From assembly GCA_900314905.1 (NCBI GenBank), contig OMXA01000004.1, forward strand, positions 16,316 through 80,315: a stretch of DNA of 64,000 nucleotides, in the 5' to 3' direction. The translations under genes and the position numbers were made by a program. This DNA is from an uncultured Erysipelotrichaceae bacterium. Lineage in GTDB: Bacteria > Bacillota_I > Bacilli_A > Erysipelotrichales > Erysipelotrichaceae. The notes under the pieces are model-generated. The model had not been told where the DNA came from. It saw only the letters and a list, made by a program, of their open reading frames with translations, and searched no databases. Every line of letters begins with the position of its first letter. Position 1 is the first letter of the stretch. Positions 18,453 to 27,184 of this stretch are shown here, one piece after another.

Positions 18453-18480
18453 TTGCATTCCTGCCTTTACCCGGTATAAT
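18453..18480 (+). promoter_or_regulatory. Promoter of tRNA-Gln
   Basis: TTGCAT-16 bp-TATAAT, 13 nt before the tRNA. Confidence 0.6.
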
Positions 18481-18493
18481 AGTTTTTGCGCAT

Positions 18494-18569
18494 TGGGATA
18501 TAGCCAAGCGGTAAGGCAACTGGCTCTGAACCAGTCATTTCGGGAGTTCGAATCTCTCTATCCCAGCCA
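18494..18569 (+). tRNA. tRNA-Gln (anticodon CTG)
   Basis: Cloverleaf: acceptor TGGGATA/TATCCCA, anticodon arm ACTGG-CTCTGAA-CCAGT, T-loop TTCGAAT, encoded CCA, U1-A72 pair. Confidence 0.95.
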
Positions 18570-18582
18570 TATCTTCATGAAA

Positions 18583-18609
18583 CGGACCTGACCGCAGGTT
18601 CGTTTTTTA
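18583..18609 (+). terminator. Terminator after tRNA-Gln
   Basis: ACGGACCTG-accg-CAGGTTCGT followed by a T run. Confidence 0.7.
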
Positions 18610-18683
18610 TATGCTCCCTATTTCATTGAATCCCCTGGCCTTTCAGAGTAAAATTACCATGTTTGAAAAGGAGTTCAGAAAAG

Positions 18684-20147
18684 ATGGCTATTCGTACAAG
18701 ATTCGCCCCAAGTCCGACCGGTTACATGCATATCGGCAACCTGCGTACGGCATTGTGGGCATATCTCATTGCAAAGAAAGACCCTCAGGGTGTTTTTATT
18801 CTGCGGATTGAAGATACCGACCAGGGACGTCTGGTCGAAGGTGCTACTGACATCATCTACCAGACGCTTGCAGCATGCAATCTGAAACATGATGAAGGAC
18901 CGGATGTCGGCGGGCCGGTCGGACCATACGTGCAGTCCGAGCGGGTTAAGAGCGGTCTCTACATGAACTATGCAAAGGAGCTCATCCGTCTTGGCGGAGC
19001 ACACTACTGCTTCTGCGATGAATCGATGATTCAGGCCCAGAAAGAAATCCAGGAAGCCCGCGGAGAGTCGTTCAAATATGATGATCCGTGCAAGAATCTG
19101 ACGATCGAGGAGGCGGAAGCACGCATTGCTGCCGGAGAGAAGTTCGTCATCCGCCAGAGCATTCCGCTGACCGGAACTACCTCTTTCGATGATGAAGTCT
19201 TCGGGCATATTACTGTTGAGAACAGCACGCTGGATGAATCCATCCTGATCAAGAGCGATGGCTTCCCTACTTACAACTTTGCCAATGTCGTCGATGACCA
19301 TCTGATGGGCATCACGGATGTTGTCCGCGGAATGGAATATCTTTCCTCCACTCCGAAGTACAACCTGATCTATGAAGCATTCGGCTGGGATATTCCTCGT
19401 TATATCCACTGTCCGCCTGTCATGAAGGATGAGCATCAGAAACTATCCAAGCGAAATGGCGATGCCAGTTTCCAGGATCTGGTTGCCAAGGGCTATCTCC
19501 CGGAAGCAATTCTGAATTACATTGCAATGCTCGGCTGGTCGCCGGAGAACAACCAGGAAATCTTCACGCTGGAGGAACTTGTTCAGGCATTCAATGTGAA
19601 GCATATCGGCCAGTCCGGAGCAATCTTCGATCCGGTGAAGCTTACGAGCATCAACGGCATCTGGCTGCGGAACATGGATCTTGACACCTACTTCAATCTG
19701 ATTCACCCGTATATCGATGAAGCCGTCAAAGGAGACTTCGACAAGAAGAAGATCGCAAAAGTAGTCCAGCAGCGTGCCAACACGCTCAATGAGATCCCAG
19801 GCATGCTGGATTTCTTTGATACTTTCCCTGCTTATTCCGATGATCTGTATGTCAACAAGAAGATGAAGACGGATCAGACAGTTGCACTGGAATCCCTGAA
19901 AGCAAGCAGAGAAGTACTCGAGGCGATTCCGGAAGCAGAATGGACCGAAGACCACCTGCATGCAAAGCTCATGGAGCTGCCAGCGAAGCTTGGCCGCAAG
20001 AACGGCCAGGTGCTGTTCCCGCTCCGTCTTGCAATCACCGGCAAGCAGTTCACCCCGGGCGGTGCGATTGAAATCGCAGACATTCTCGGCAAGGAGCGGA
20101 CGCTGGCACGTCTTGATCAGTCGATTGCTCAGCTGGAGCAGAAATGA
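18684..20147 (+). CDS. gltX: Glutamate--tRNA ligase
   Basis: Motifs RTRFAPSPTGYMHIGN (HIGH), RIEDTD and KLSKR (KMSKS). Upstream promoter TTGAAT-17-TAAAAT. Confidence 0.97.
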   Translation: MAIRTRFAPSPTGYMHIGNLRTALWAYLIAKKDPQGVFILRIEDTDQGRLVEGATDIIYQTLAACNLKHDEGPDVGGPVGPYVQSERVKSGLYMNYAKELIRLGGAHYCFCDESMIQAQKEIQEARGESFKYDDPCKNLTIEEAEARIAAGEKFVIRQSIPLTGTTSFDDEVFGHITVENSTLDESILIKSDGFPTYNFANVVDDHLMGITDVVRGMEYLSSTPKYNLIYEAFGWDIPRYIHCPPVMKDEHQKLSKRNGDASFQDLVAKGYLPEAILNYIAMLGWSPENNQEIFTLEELVQAFNVKHIGQSGAIFDPVKLTSINGIWLRNMDLDTYFNLIHPYIDEAVKGDFDKKKIAKVVQQRANTLNEIPGMLDFFDTFPAYSDDLYVNKKMKTDQTVALESLKASREVLEAIPEAEWTEDHLHAKLMELPAKLGRKNGQVLFPLRLAITGKQFTPGGAIEIADILGKERTLARLDQSIAQLEQK

Positions 20148-21376
20148 ACTATGAACTGATCCAGGATCGCAGCATTCTGGATGAATTCGTGAAGTCTTCC
20201 GGATCCGTGCATTACATGAAGACTTCGATGTGGGGAGAATTCCGCAGGAAAACCGCAAAGGAAACCTATGAGATGCTTGGCTTCTATGACGAAGACGGCA
20301 CGTTCAGAGCAACCGCAATGGTCCTGCTTGGGTCGTTTCTGGGGCATTCCTATGCGTATATCCCCTGGGGCCCGGCGATGGACTACACGGATCAGCAGCT
20401 GCGCAGAGAAGTATTCAGGCTGCTCAGGCAGTATGCAGAGCAGAAGCAGGTAACCTTTCTCAGAACAGATCCGAATGTAATCCGCTGCCATCATCAGATT
20501 GACGGAACTGTGATCGATGACGGCTTCTCCAATGAAGCAGTGACGGAAGAGCTGAAGCAGCTCGGCTATCGTCATAAAGGATATGGCTATGCCTATAATG
20601 GCAGCTGGACCAATCGCTTCACGCTGATCGCTGATCTTTCCGGATCGATGGATGAGATTGTTTCTCATTATGCAAAAGCCAGGAGAACAAGTCTGAATCG
20701 CCATCAGGTCATCGGAATCTCAACCCGGATCGGAAGCGAAGCAGATCTTCCGGAACTGATGGAATTTGAGACGATGCTGGCAGAGCAGGATGGCTTCAAG
20801 CCGCATCCGAAGAAATTCTTCCAGGCCCTTCTCGAGACCTTCGGAGAACATGCAGTTCTCTACGTGACCGAGGTAGATCTGAGGCAGATGGTCCAGGGCA
20901 TTGAGAAGGAACTGAGTTCGGGCAAATATGCCAAAGACCCGGAAGCCAGAGCATCCAAGGAGAAGCAGCTGGCGCATGCTGGCGATCTTCTGTCGGAATA
21001 TGGTGCATCCGTTCCGATCGCCTGCGGCTTATTCATCCGGTATGGCCGCATGTCCTGGGACCTGTATACCTACAACCACAAGGAATTCAGTTTCATTCAG
21101 CCGGTCGATAACCTTCATCGCTTTGCAATGGAAGATATGAAGGCACATGGCGTAATCAGGTATGACATGTGCGGCTTCTCCGGGGTCACATCAAAAGACG
21201 ATCCGGAATATGGCCTGTATGCCTACAAGAAGAGCTTCGGCCCGGAATTCATTGAGCAGATCGGAGAATTCGATTATCCGGTGAAAGCGAAAGGATATGA
21301 ATCTTTCCTGAAAGAGAAGGATCTCGAAGTAAGGGCACGCCATAAATGGTGGAAGATCGCCTATCGCAGAAAGTAA
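20144..21376 (+). CDS. FemAB/MurM-family peptidoglycan aminoacyl transferase
   Basis: Motifs YAYIPWGPAMDY, FLRTDPN, LGYRHKG, YDMCG and GLYAYKKSFG...EQIGEFD. Overlaps the gltX stop (ATGA). Confidence 0.88.
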   Translation: MNYELIQDRSILDEFVKSSGSVHYMKTSMWGEFRRKTAKETYEMLGFYDEDGTFRATAMVLLGSFLGHSYAYIPWGPAMDYTDQQLRREVFRLLRQYAEQKQVTFLRTDPNVIRCHHQIDGTVIDDGFSNEAVTEELKQLGYRHKGYGYAYNGSWTNRFTLIADLSGSMDEIVSHYAKARRTSLNRHQVIGISTRIGSEADLPELMEFETMLAEQDGFKPHPKKFFQALLETFGEHAVLYVTEVDLRQMVQGIEKELSSGKYAKDPEARASKEKQLAHAGDLLSEYGASVPIACGLFIRYGRMSWDLYTYNHKEFSFIQPVDNLHRFAMEDMKAHGVIRYDMCGFSGVTSKDDPEYGLYAYKKSFGPEFIEQIGEFDYPVKAKGYESFLKEKDLEVRARHKWWKIAYRRK

Positions 21377-21419
21377 AAAAATGCGGCTATCTGTCGGAAT
21401 GACAGAAGCCGCGTTTTCT
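21377..21419. terminator. Bidirectional terminator between the convergent Fem genes
   Basis: AAAA-TGCGGCT-a-TCTGTC-ggaat-GACAGA-AGCCGCG-TTTT. Confidence 0.7.
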
Positions 21420-22645
21420 TACCTGCTCCCCCGGATTCTGGCTGCGGTTTTCAGCAGCTTCGGATAGACTTCGTCAAACAGATGATACATCGGCGAATTC
21501 AGAACGAAATTGAATTCCCCGATATATTCTTCGATCTGAATCGGCCAGGCACTTTTGAATTGGGTCAGGCCATCATCCAGCGTTCCTTCAATCCCGCCGA
21601 AGCTGCAGTATGGAATCTTATGCTCGGCACAATAATCAAGAAACTTTGCATAGAGATAGTAGTTTGCCCGCACCCGCATGTATTTCGTATTGTTCCCCAT
21701 GTAGAAGAACTCCATGCGCTTTTCATTGAAGCAGACAAGCTTGCCGCAGAGAACGACCTCGTCTTTCCCTGCTTCCTTCCAGTCGCTCTCGTTCCTCTTC
21801 AGCTCCTGCTCTGCATTATGAAGCTCCTGCGTCAGGCGGGCAGTTTCCTTCTTGCCTAAAGCCTTCTTGAGTTCTTCCGTGCAGCGCTGAATCTCCTGCT
21901 TCAGACGTTCTTCCTGATGGGCAAAATTCAGTGTGGCCACAGCAACAATGGCATGGTCGCCGAACGCATTGACCATGTTCTGAAAATACTCTTCATTGCG
22001 CAAAGCAACCTTCTGCCTCGTTTCAGTGTAATGCATGGCTTCTGCAAACTCATGCAGATACTCATGCCCGAAGTGTACTTCGACTCCCCTTTTTTCGGCA
22101 GTCCGGATGCTCTGACGGGTATTCTTGACGAGCCGGCTGCGCCAGTCGGCATCAACAGTCATCGCGGCATTGAACCGTGGCTGAGTGGCTTCGCTGATCT
22201 TCTTGGTGAAGCCTTTATGCTTCGCTCCGAGGGTCTTCAGATATTCGATGACATCCGTATTCTCATCAGAATGCGGCAGATCCTTCTGTGTGAACGGATA
22301 GCAGCGGCAGAGCAGATCAGGATCAAAGCGAAGATCAATCGCATGATGTGCTCTGGCAAAAGAACAAAGCTCTTTCAGATAGAAGGAAACAAGATCCCTT
22401 CTGGAATAATCCATGACCGGTCCGCGGGGAATATAGGCAAGTGTATGCCATGGGGTCAGACGCCTGAACAGAATCAAGGCAGAAGCAGCCATGACGCCAT
22501 CTTCCGTCACGCTCGTGAAATAGCTTTCCCAATTGCTCTTGACCTTCGCCCATGGGGAAGTCTGATATAAGGTATTCTGATCCGAAGCAATCACAAACGC
22601 ATCCGCTGCAGCAGGATCTGTATCAGTATGAAATGCAAAAGCCAT
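21419..22645 (-). CDS. Second FemAB/MurM-family peptidoglycan aminoacyl transferase
   Basis: Motifs LYQTSPWAKVKSNW, AYIPRGPVMDY, QPRF, coiled-coil insert and GLTQFKSAW...EYIGEF. Confidence 0.9.
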   Translation of the reverse strand: MAFAFHTDTDPAAADAFVIASDQNTLYQTSPWAKVKSNWESYFTSVTEDGVMAASALILFRRLTPWHTLAYIPRGPVMDYSRRDLVSFYLKELCSFARAHHAIDLRFDPDLLCRCYPFTQKDLPHSDENTDVIEYLKTLGAKHKGFTKKISEATQPRFNAAMTVDADWRSRLVKNTRQSIRTAEKRGVEVHFGHEYLHEFAEAMHYTETRQKVALRNEEYFQNMVNAFGDHAIVAVATLNFAHQEERLKQEIQRCTEELKKALGKKETARLTQELHNAEQELKRNESDWKEAGKDEVVLCGKLVCFNEKRMEFFYMGNNTKYMRVRANYYLYAKFLDYCAEHKIPYCSFGGIEGTLDDGLTQFKSAWPIQIEEYIGEFNFVLNSPMYHLFDEVYPKLLKTAARIRGSR

Positions 22646-22662
22646 AGAACAACCCTTTCCAT

Positions 22663-22687
22663 AAAAAAGCACCGGGTTCACCGGTGC
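22663..22687 (-). terminator. Terminator after tRNA-Glu
   Basis: GCACCGG-tgaac-CCGGTGC followed by TTTTTT on the minus strand. Confidence 0.7.
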
Positions 22688-22696
22688 GATATCTGA

Positions 22697-22773
22697 TGGT
22701 GACGAGTACGGGATTCGGACCCGTGAATGTCGCCTTGAGAGGGCGATGTGTTAAGCCGCTTCACCAACTCGCC
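22697..22773 (-). tRNA. tRNA-Glu (anticodon CTC) with non-canonical T-loop
   Basis: Minus strand GGCGAGTTGGTGAAGCGGCTTAACACATCGCCCTCTCAAGGCGACATTCACGGGTCCGAATCCCGTACTCGTCACCA. Anticodon arm TCGCC-CTCTCAA-GGCGA, T-loop TCCGAAT, encoded CCA. Confidence 0.92.
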
Positions 22774-22809
22774 ATGCATAGGAACCAGACGGTTCCTATT
22801 ATACACGAT

Positions 22810-23169
22810 TTACGCAGCTTTGAGTGCGTTTTTTGCAGTCTCTGCGAGATCGGTGAATCCTTTCTCGTCATGGATTGCAATTTCGCTGAGCATCTTGCGG
22901 TTGATATTCACACCAGCAAGCTTCAGACCATGCATCATCTGGGAATAGCTCAGATCATTCAGTCTTGCGGCTGCATTGATTCTGGCAATCCAGAGCTTGC
23001 GCATCTCACGCTTGGTCTGCTTTCTGCCAGCAAACGCATACTTCTGCGAATGCATGACCTGCTCATTAGCTGTCCGGTACAGAAGATGCTTGCTTCCGAA
23101 ATAGCCCTTCGCAAGCTTCAGTACCTTTTTACGACGGTTTCTCGTCGGTGTAGATCCCTTGACTCTCAT
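22810..23169 (-). CDS. rplT: 50S ribosomal protein L20
   Basis: [25 protein letters not shown]...[11 protein letters not shown]...[10 protein letters not shown]. Confidence 0.98.
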   Translation of the reverse strand: MRVKGSTPTRNRRKKVLKLAKGYFGSKHLLYRTANEQVMHSQKYAFAGRKQTKREMRKLWIARINAAARLNDLSYSQMMHGLKLAGVNINRKMLSEIAIHDEKGFTDLAETAKNALKAA

Positions 23170-23187
23170 CTTGCTATGCCTCCCTGA

Positions 23188-23409
23188 TTAACCCTGCAGC
23201 AGCTGACTGTTGCGCTTTGCGTCCGTCTTGTCCAGTCCGGTGTAAGCTGCCAGATGCTTCTTCTGCTTATGCGACTTGTTTGCTGCGAAATGGGATACAT
23301 AGTTGTGACGGACCTCGACTTTGCCGCTGCCAGTGATCTTGGTACGCTTAGCATAAGTCTTCTTGGTCTTCATCTTGATCTTCTTCGGTTTTCTAGCCTT
23401 TGCCTTCAT
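23188..23409 (-). CDS. rpmI: 50S ribosomal protein L35
   Basis: KMKTKKTYAKRTKITGSGKV; position between infC and rplT; SD AGGAGG. Confidence 0.93.
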   Translation of the reverse strand: MKAKARKPKKIKMKTKKTYAKRTKITGSGKVEVRHNYVSHFAANKSHKQKKHLAAYTGLDKTDAKRNSQLLQG

Positions 23410-23426
23410 AGCTGTTTCCTCCTGAA

Positions 23427-23963
23427 CTACTTTCTCTTTGGCGACAGCACGATTGACATCGTATTGCCTTCCATGGCTGGTGCTTTATCCACCTGTGCCA
23501 GATCGGAGATCTGCTCGATGAACTTGTTCATGACAGACTCGCCCACTTCCTTGCGGGTGATCATACGTCCTCTGAAACGCATATCTACCTTGACCTTCTG
23601 GCCATCCTCGATCCAGGCTCTTGCCTGCTTGAGTTTGGTGTCAAAGTCATGCTGGTCGATCACCGGAGAAAGACGAAGCGGCTTGATTTCCGTCACATGC
23701 TGCTTCTTCTTCGCTTCGCGGGCTTTCTTCTGCTCGTTAAAGTGATATTTTCCGAAATCAAGGATCTTGCATACCGGAGGCTTGGCATTCGGCGCAACAC
23801 AGTAAAGATCGAGTCCCATGTCATAAGCCTTCTGAATTGCTTCCCGTCTCAGCATGGTTCCAAGCTGTTCTCCTTCGGGGCCGATTACCAGAACCTCATG
23901 AAAATGAATGTTCTCATTGACCAGTTCCTCAGGGACATTACGTTTCGGTTTAATATACTTCAA
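23427..23963 (-). CDS. infC: Translation initiation factor IF-3
   Basis: Motifs VNENIHFHEVLVI, PPVCKILDFGK and KVKVDMRFRGR. TTG start 5 nt after AGGAGGT. Confidence 0.97.
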   Translation of the reverse strand: MKYIKPKRNVPEELVNENIHFHEVLVIGPEGEQLGTMLRREAIQKAYDMGLDLYCVAPNAKPPVCKILDFGKYHFNEQKKAREAKKKQHVTEIKPLRLSPVIDQHDFDTKLKQARAWIEDGQKVKVDMRFRGRMITRKEVGESVMNKFIEQISDLAQVDKAPAMEGNTMSIVLSPKRK

Positions 23964-23971
23964 GCATTACC

Positions 23972-24090
23972 TCCTGTAAAGAAAGCAGGTACAGAAGCCG
24001 CACCTGCCTGAAATAAACCATACGATTCATCGGCATCGACCCAGACCCCACGGGATCTCGGGTGAGAAGCGGCGCTTCTGCTTTCCGTTT
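23972..24090 (-). promoter_or_regulatory. L20 ribosomal protein leader
   Basis: AGCAGAAGCGCCGCTTCTCACC...AGGTGCGGCTTCTG ahead of infC-rpmI-rplT. Upstream promoter TTGACA (24133-24128)-17 bp-TATCTT. Confidence 0.8.
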
Positions 24091-24142
24091 TCTGTTACTC
24101 GTATAAGATAACAGTCAGCCTCCCGGCTGTCAATCTTTTTTT

Positions 24143-24466
24143 TCAGATTTCAAATCCGATCACGTTGACCGATACTTCAGATGGCTTGAAGCCAGTCATG
24201 AAGACGATATTCTCATAAATGCGGTTCTGAACCAGGCCGCATGTCGCATTGACATTTGCACCGTATTTCACGCGGATATCTGCGCTGATATGGAGCTTGT
24301 TCTTTTCGACCCATACGCTGACCGGCTTGTTGAACTTCGTATCTTTCAGGGAAATATTATCGATATCACGGACCGAAATCTCCGAAATAGACTGGAATAC
24401 AGACTTGCTGATCACGATTCTTCCATATTCCGAGCTGTCTTTCAGTACCACATAATCCTGTGCCAT
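24143..24466 (-). CDS. Asp23/Gls24 family envelope stress protein
   Basis: Motifs GRIVISKSVF, IRVKYGANV and VQNRIYENIVFMTG...VNVNV. Confidence 0.88.
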   Translation of the reverse strand: MAQDYVVLKDSSEYGRIVISKSVFQSISEISVRDIDNISLKDTKFNKPVSVWVEKNKLHISADIRVKYGANVNATCGLVQNRIYENIVFMTGFKPSEVSVNVIGFEI

Positions 24467-24509
24467 AGCATTCACCTCTCTGCCAGTAAATTATAGCAAG
24501 ATTGAAACT

Positions 24510-25880
24510 TCATTGAAACAGCATTGCAATCTGATGCTTCAGCCCGAGCTGCTCATCCGATACCGCCTGACATAGCTGCTGGCAGTCGGAATACTCTGCT
24601 TCTGCTTTCTCTATGGCTCTGCGGAAGACTGATGCAATCTTCAGAAGAGAGTCTTCATGGATGATTTCAATGGTTCCTTGCTGAATCATTCCTTCTGCCA
24701 GTTCTTTTCTGCAGAGTGCCCTTGCCTGTTCTGCTTCTTCGGTATCCCATTGCGCGAATCTGTCTTCATACCATCCAGGCTGGATCAGCAGTCTCGAGAG
24801 AACCTCCGCAAAATCATTCAGGCATTCGAGATTCGGCGCGTCCTGGATCGCAAACAGGACTGTGAAGAAAGCGTGCCATTCAAAATCTGAATTGATCACG
24901 GAGAGAAAATAGGCTCCGATCTGATTGCAGAACGGATCCGGATGCGAAAACTCTCCTTCCATTTCCAGGCTGCTCAGAAAATCCATCGGAGAATTCTTCA
25001 GCATGTTCAGATGTTCCAGGAATTCCACCATCTTCACCTCATTGTTATTTCCATTCAGGAAATAGCGGATATAGATATACTGAGCAAGAATTGCGGAATC
25101 TTTGCGGAAATCGAATGTGAAGCCGACTGATTCTCTCATCTTCATATGCACCAGTTCATTGATGGAATTGGCGGTCATGCGCTTGAAGCCAGTCGCATCC
25201 ATGCCGATCACCGCCCGTTCCGATTCTGCATGGATCTGGGTATACACAAGATCCAGCTGATGGTCGACAACATCCAGGTTGTCTTTGATGGATCCGAGAA
25301 TATTCTTGATGAACCAGTCTTCGGAAAGCATCTCCTGGTTCTTGTAGACAAGTTCATGCTCGATCTCGCTCCAGAAGCGATGGACCAGCGATTTGATCTG
25401 CAGTTCGAAGGTGACTTTCTCTGTTCCAGACGGGAGGCAGTAGCCGTCAATCCGGTAGATTGCATAGCCATTGCGCTGCAGCTGCGGCTGCGGCATATGC
25501 AGATTGAGAAACAGCGGATCGTTGCCTCGGAAACGGGAATATGTTTCCCTGCTGTCGCAGAACTCATAGAAGAGAGTCTGATACAGATCGGTCTCATTGC
25601 GGATAAACTGGCAGTCGATTGTGATGCCGACCAGATCATGAATATTTGCCAGAGCTTCCTGAGGGGTGCTGAAATTCAGGTAGTACTTGTTCCGCAGCAG
25701 CTTTTCACGCAGGGATTCTGCAGACTTCACGCGAGTGCGGATCCCGATGACGGCTGGATTGCCTGCCGTCAGTTCTTCTGCTGCGGTTCGCAGCATTTTT
25801 TCTGCAGAGAAAAGCAGAGGTTTCTCTGCTTCATACAGTTCCATGGTCTGATCGATGAATTGAAATAGCTCGAGTTTCAT
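24510..25880 (-). CDS. RelA/SpoT-synthetase-domain protein (small alarmone synthetase-like) with long C-terminal extension
   Basis: Motifs RVKSAESLREK, HDLVGI, NGY, FELQIKS and FWSEIEHELVYK. The start MKLELF overlaps the rsmF stop. Confidence 0.8.
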   Translation of the reverse strand: MKLELFQFIDQTMELYEAEKPLLFSAEKMLRTAAEELTAGNPAVIGIRTRVKSAESLREKLLRNKYYLNFSTPQEALANIHDLVGITIDCQFIRNETDLYQTLFYEFCDSRETYSRFRGNDPLFLNLHMPQPQLQRNGYAIYRIDGYCLPSGTEKVTFELQIKSLVHRFWSEIEHELVYKNQEMLSEDWFIKNILGSIKDNLDVVDHQLDLVYTQIHAESERAVIGMDATGFKRMTANSINELVHMKMRESVGFTFDFRKDSAILAQYIYIRYFLNGNNNEVKMVEFLEHLNMLKNSPMDFLSSLEMEGEFSHPDPFCNQIGAYFLSVINSDFEWHAFFTVLFAIQDAPNLECLNDFAEVLSRLLIQPGWYEDRFAQWDTEEAEQARALCRKELAEGMIQQGTIEIIHEDSLLKIASVFRRAIEKAEAEYSDCQQLCQAVSDEQLGLKHQIAMLFQ

Positions 25881-27184
25881 TTCAGGCGAAGTTCCTTCGG
25901 GTATCTGTTTTTCAGAATAGTCCCATCTGCTTTTCCGAAACCAAGTGCATGGCCATGCCAGCATACTGCTGCATATCCTTTCCGGGCACATGGAATCGTC
26001 ATGCCGGAAAGATAAGGGCGGACTTCGGAATCCTGCAGTTCCATTTTAACAGGAAACGGGTGACCCGAAGAGAGAAATAATGCATGGTCCGGCTCAAAGC
26101 GATTTTTCTTTGCTTCGCCAAGCAGGACCTGATGGCGAAGCAGTCTGCAGCTGCCCGGGGAGATAAACGGGTATGATCCGCCATAGACTCTGCTGTGATG
26201 CACATAGGTATACGGATAGGAGATCTGCTTCAGGAATTCTTCTGCCGAAGGAGGCAGCGGTTCGCTCTTCAGGACCGCAGGAGAATCGGGATTCTGCGGT
26301 TCTGTTTCTTTTCTGAACGATGCGATGAAGTGTCCTTCGCCGCCATCCATCGGGAAAATTCTACGGCATGCAGAAGTGCCGGTACCAAGTTCAAAGCCAG
26401 GCCGCCCGAACGAAGCAGAGATCGGTTCCAGCTTCATGAACGGGTATTCGCCAAGCAGCCATGACACATTCTCTTCATTTTCTTCCAGTGAGAATGTGCA
26501 GGTGCTGTAAACCAGTCTTCCGCCTGGCTTCAGACATTTCAGCGCACTGTCAAGAATGGTGCGCTGACGCTTTGCGCAGGATAATACGCTTTCCGGGCTC
26601 CATTCTTTCTCGGCATCCGGATTCTTGCGGAACATCCCTTCGCCGGAACATGGCGCATCGCAGAGCACCGCATCAAAGAATTCCGGAAAGGAGTCTGCGA
26701 CATCAGCAGGATCCGCATTGAGAACCATCACGTTCTCTGCACCCCAGCGTTCGATATTCTCAACCAGGATCTTTGCTCTGCCGGGATTGATTTCATTCGC
26801 TGCCAGAAGTCCCTGATTATGCATCAGACTGGCAATCTGGGTTGTTTTGGAACCTGGGGCAGCGCAGAGGTCCAGAACTTTCATGCCGGGCTTAGGATCA
26901 AGCACCGTCACGGCACTAGCCGCACTTGGTTCCTGAACATACAGAAGACCAGCTGCATGGATCGCGGTCGCACCGACTCCGGTCTGTTCCGGAAGGTAGT
27001 ATGCATACTGCGCAAATGGAGTCGGGTTTTCCGGATATCCGGTCAGACGAAAAAACTCTTCTCTGGAAGTTTTCAGAGGATTGATGCGGTAGCCCCTTCT
27101 CGGCGGTTCCTTCAGGGTTGATTCAAATGCCTCATATTCATCCTTCAGAAGTTTCCTCATCCGGATTTCGAATTCCGGTTTCAT
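25877..27184 (-). CDS. rsmF: RsmF/RsmB-NOP family 16S rRNA m5C methyltransferase
   Basis: Motifs YVQEPSA, VLDLCAAPGSKT, DAPCSGEGMFRK and VYSTCTF, plus a PUA-like C-terminus. Confidence 0.9.
   Translation of the reverse strand: MKPEFEIRMRKLLKDEYEAFESTLKEPPRRGYRINPLKTSREEFFRLTGYPENPTPFAQYAYYLPEQTGVGATAIHAAGLLYVQEPSAASAVTVLDPKPGMKVLDLCAAPGSKTTQIASLMHNQGLLAANEINPGRAKILVENIERWGAENVMVLNADPADVADSFPEFFDAVLCDAPCSGEGMFRKNPDAEKEWSPESVLSCAKRQRTILDSALKCLKPGGRLVYSTCTFSLEENEENVSWLLGEYPFMKLEPISASFGRPGFELGTGTSACRRIFPMDGGEGHFIASFRKETEPQNPDSPAVLKSEPLPPSAEEFLKQISYPYTYVHHSRVYGGSYPFISPGSCRLLRHQVLLGEAKKNRFEPDHALFLSSGHPFPVKMELQDSEVRPYLSGMTIPCARKGYAAVCWHGHALGFGKADGTILKNRYPKELRLK

Noticed and set aside
18570-18683. 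Possible T-box upstream of gltX
   Set aside because: There is no TGGNACCGCG motif; the region holds only the tRNA terminator and a promoter.
18494-22773. tRNA-bounded region as an integrative element
   Set aside because: No integrase, no duplicated tRNA 3' ends (att sites), and the cargo is housekeeping.
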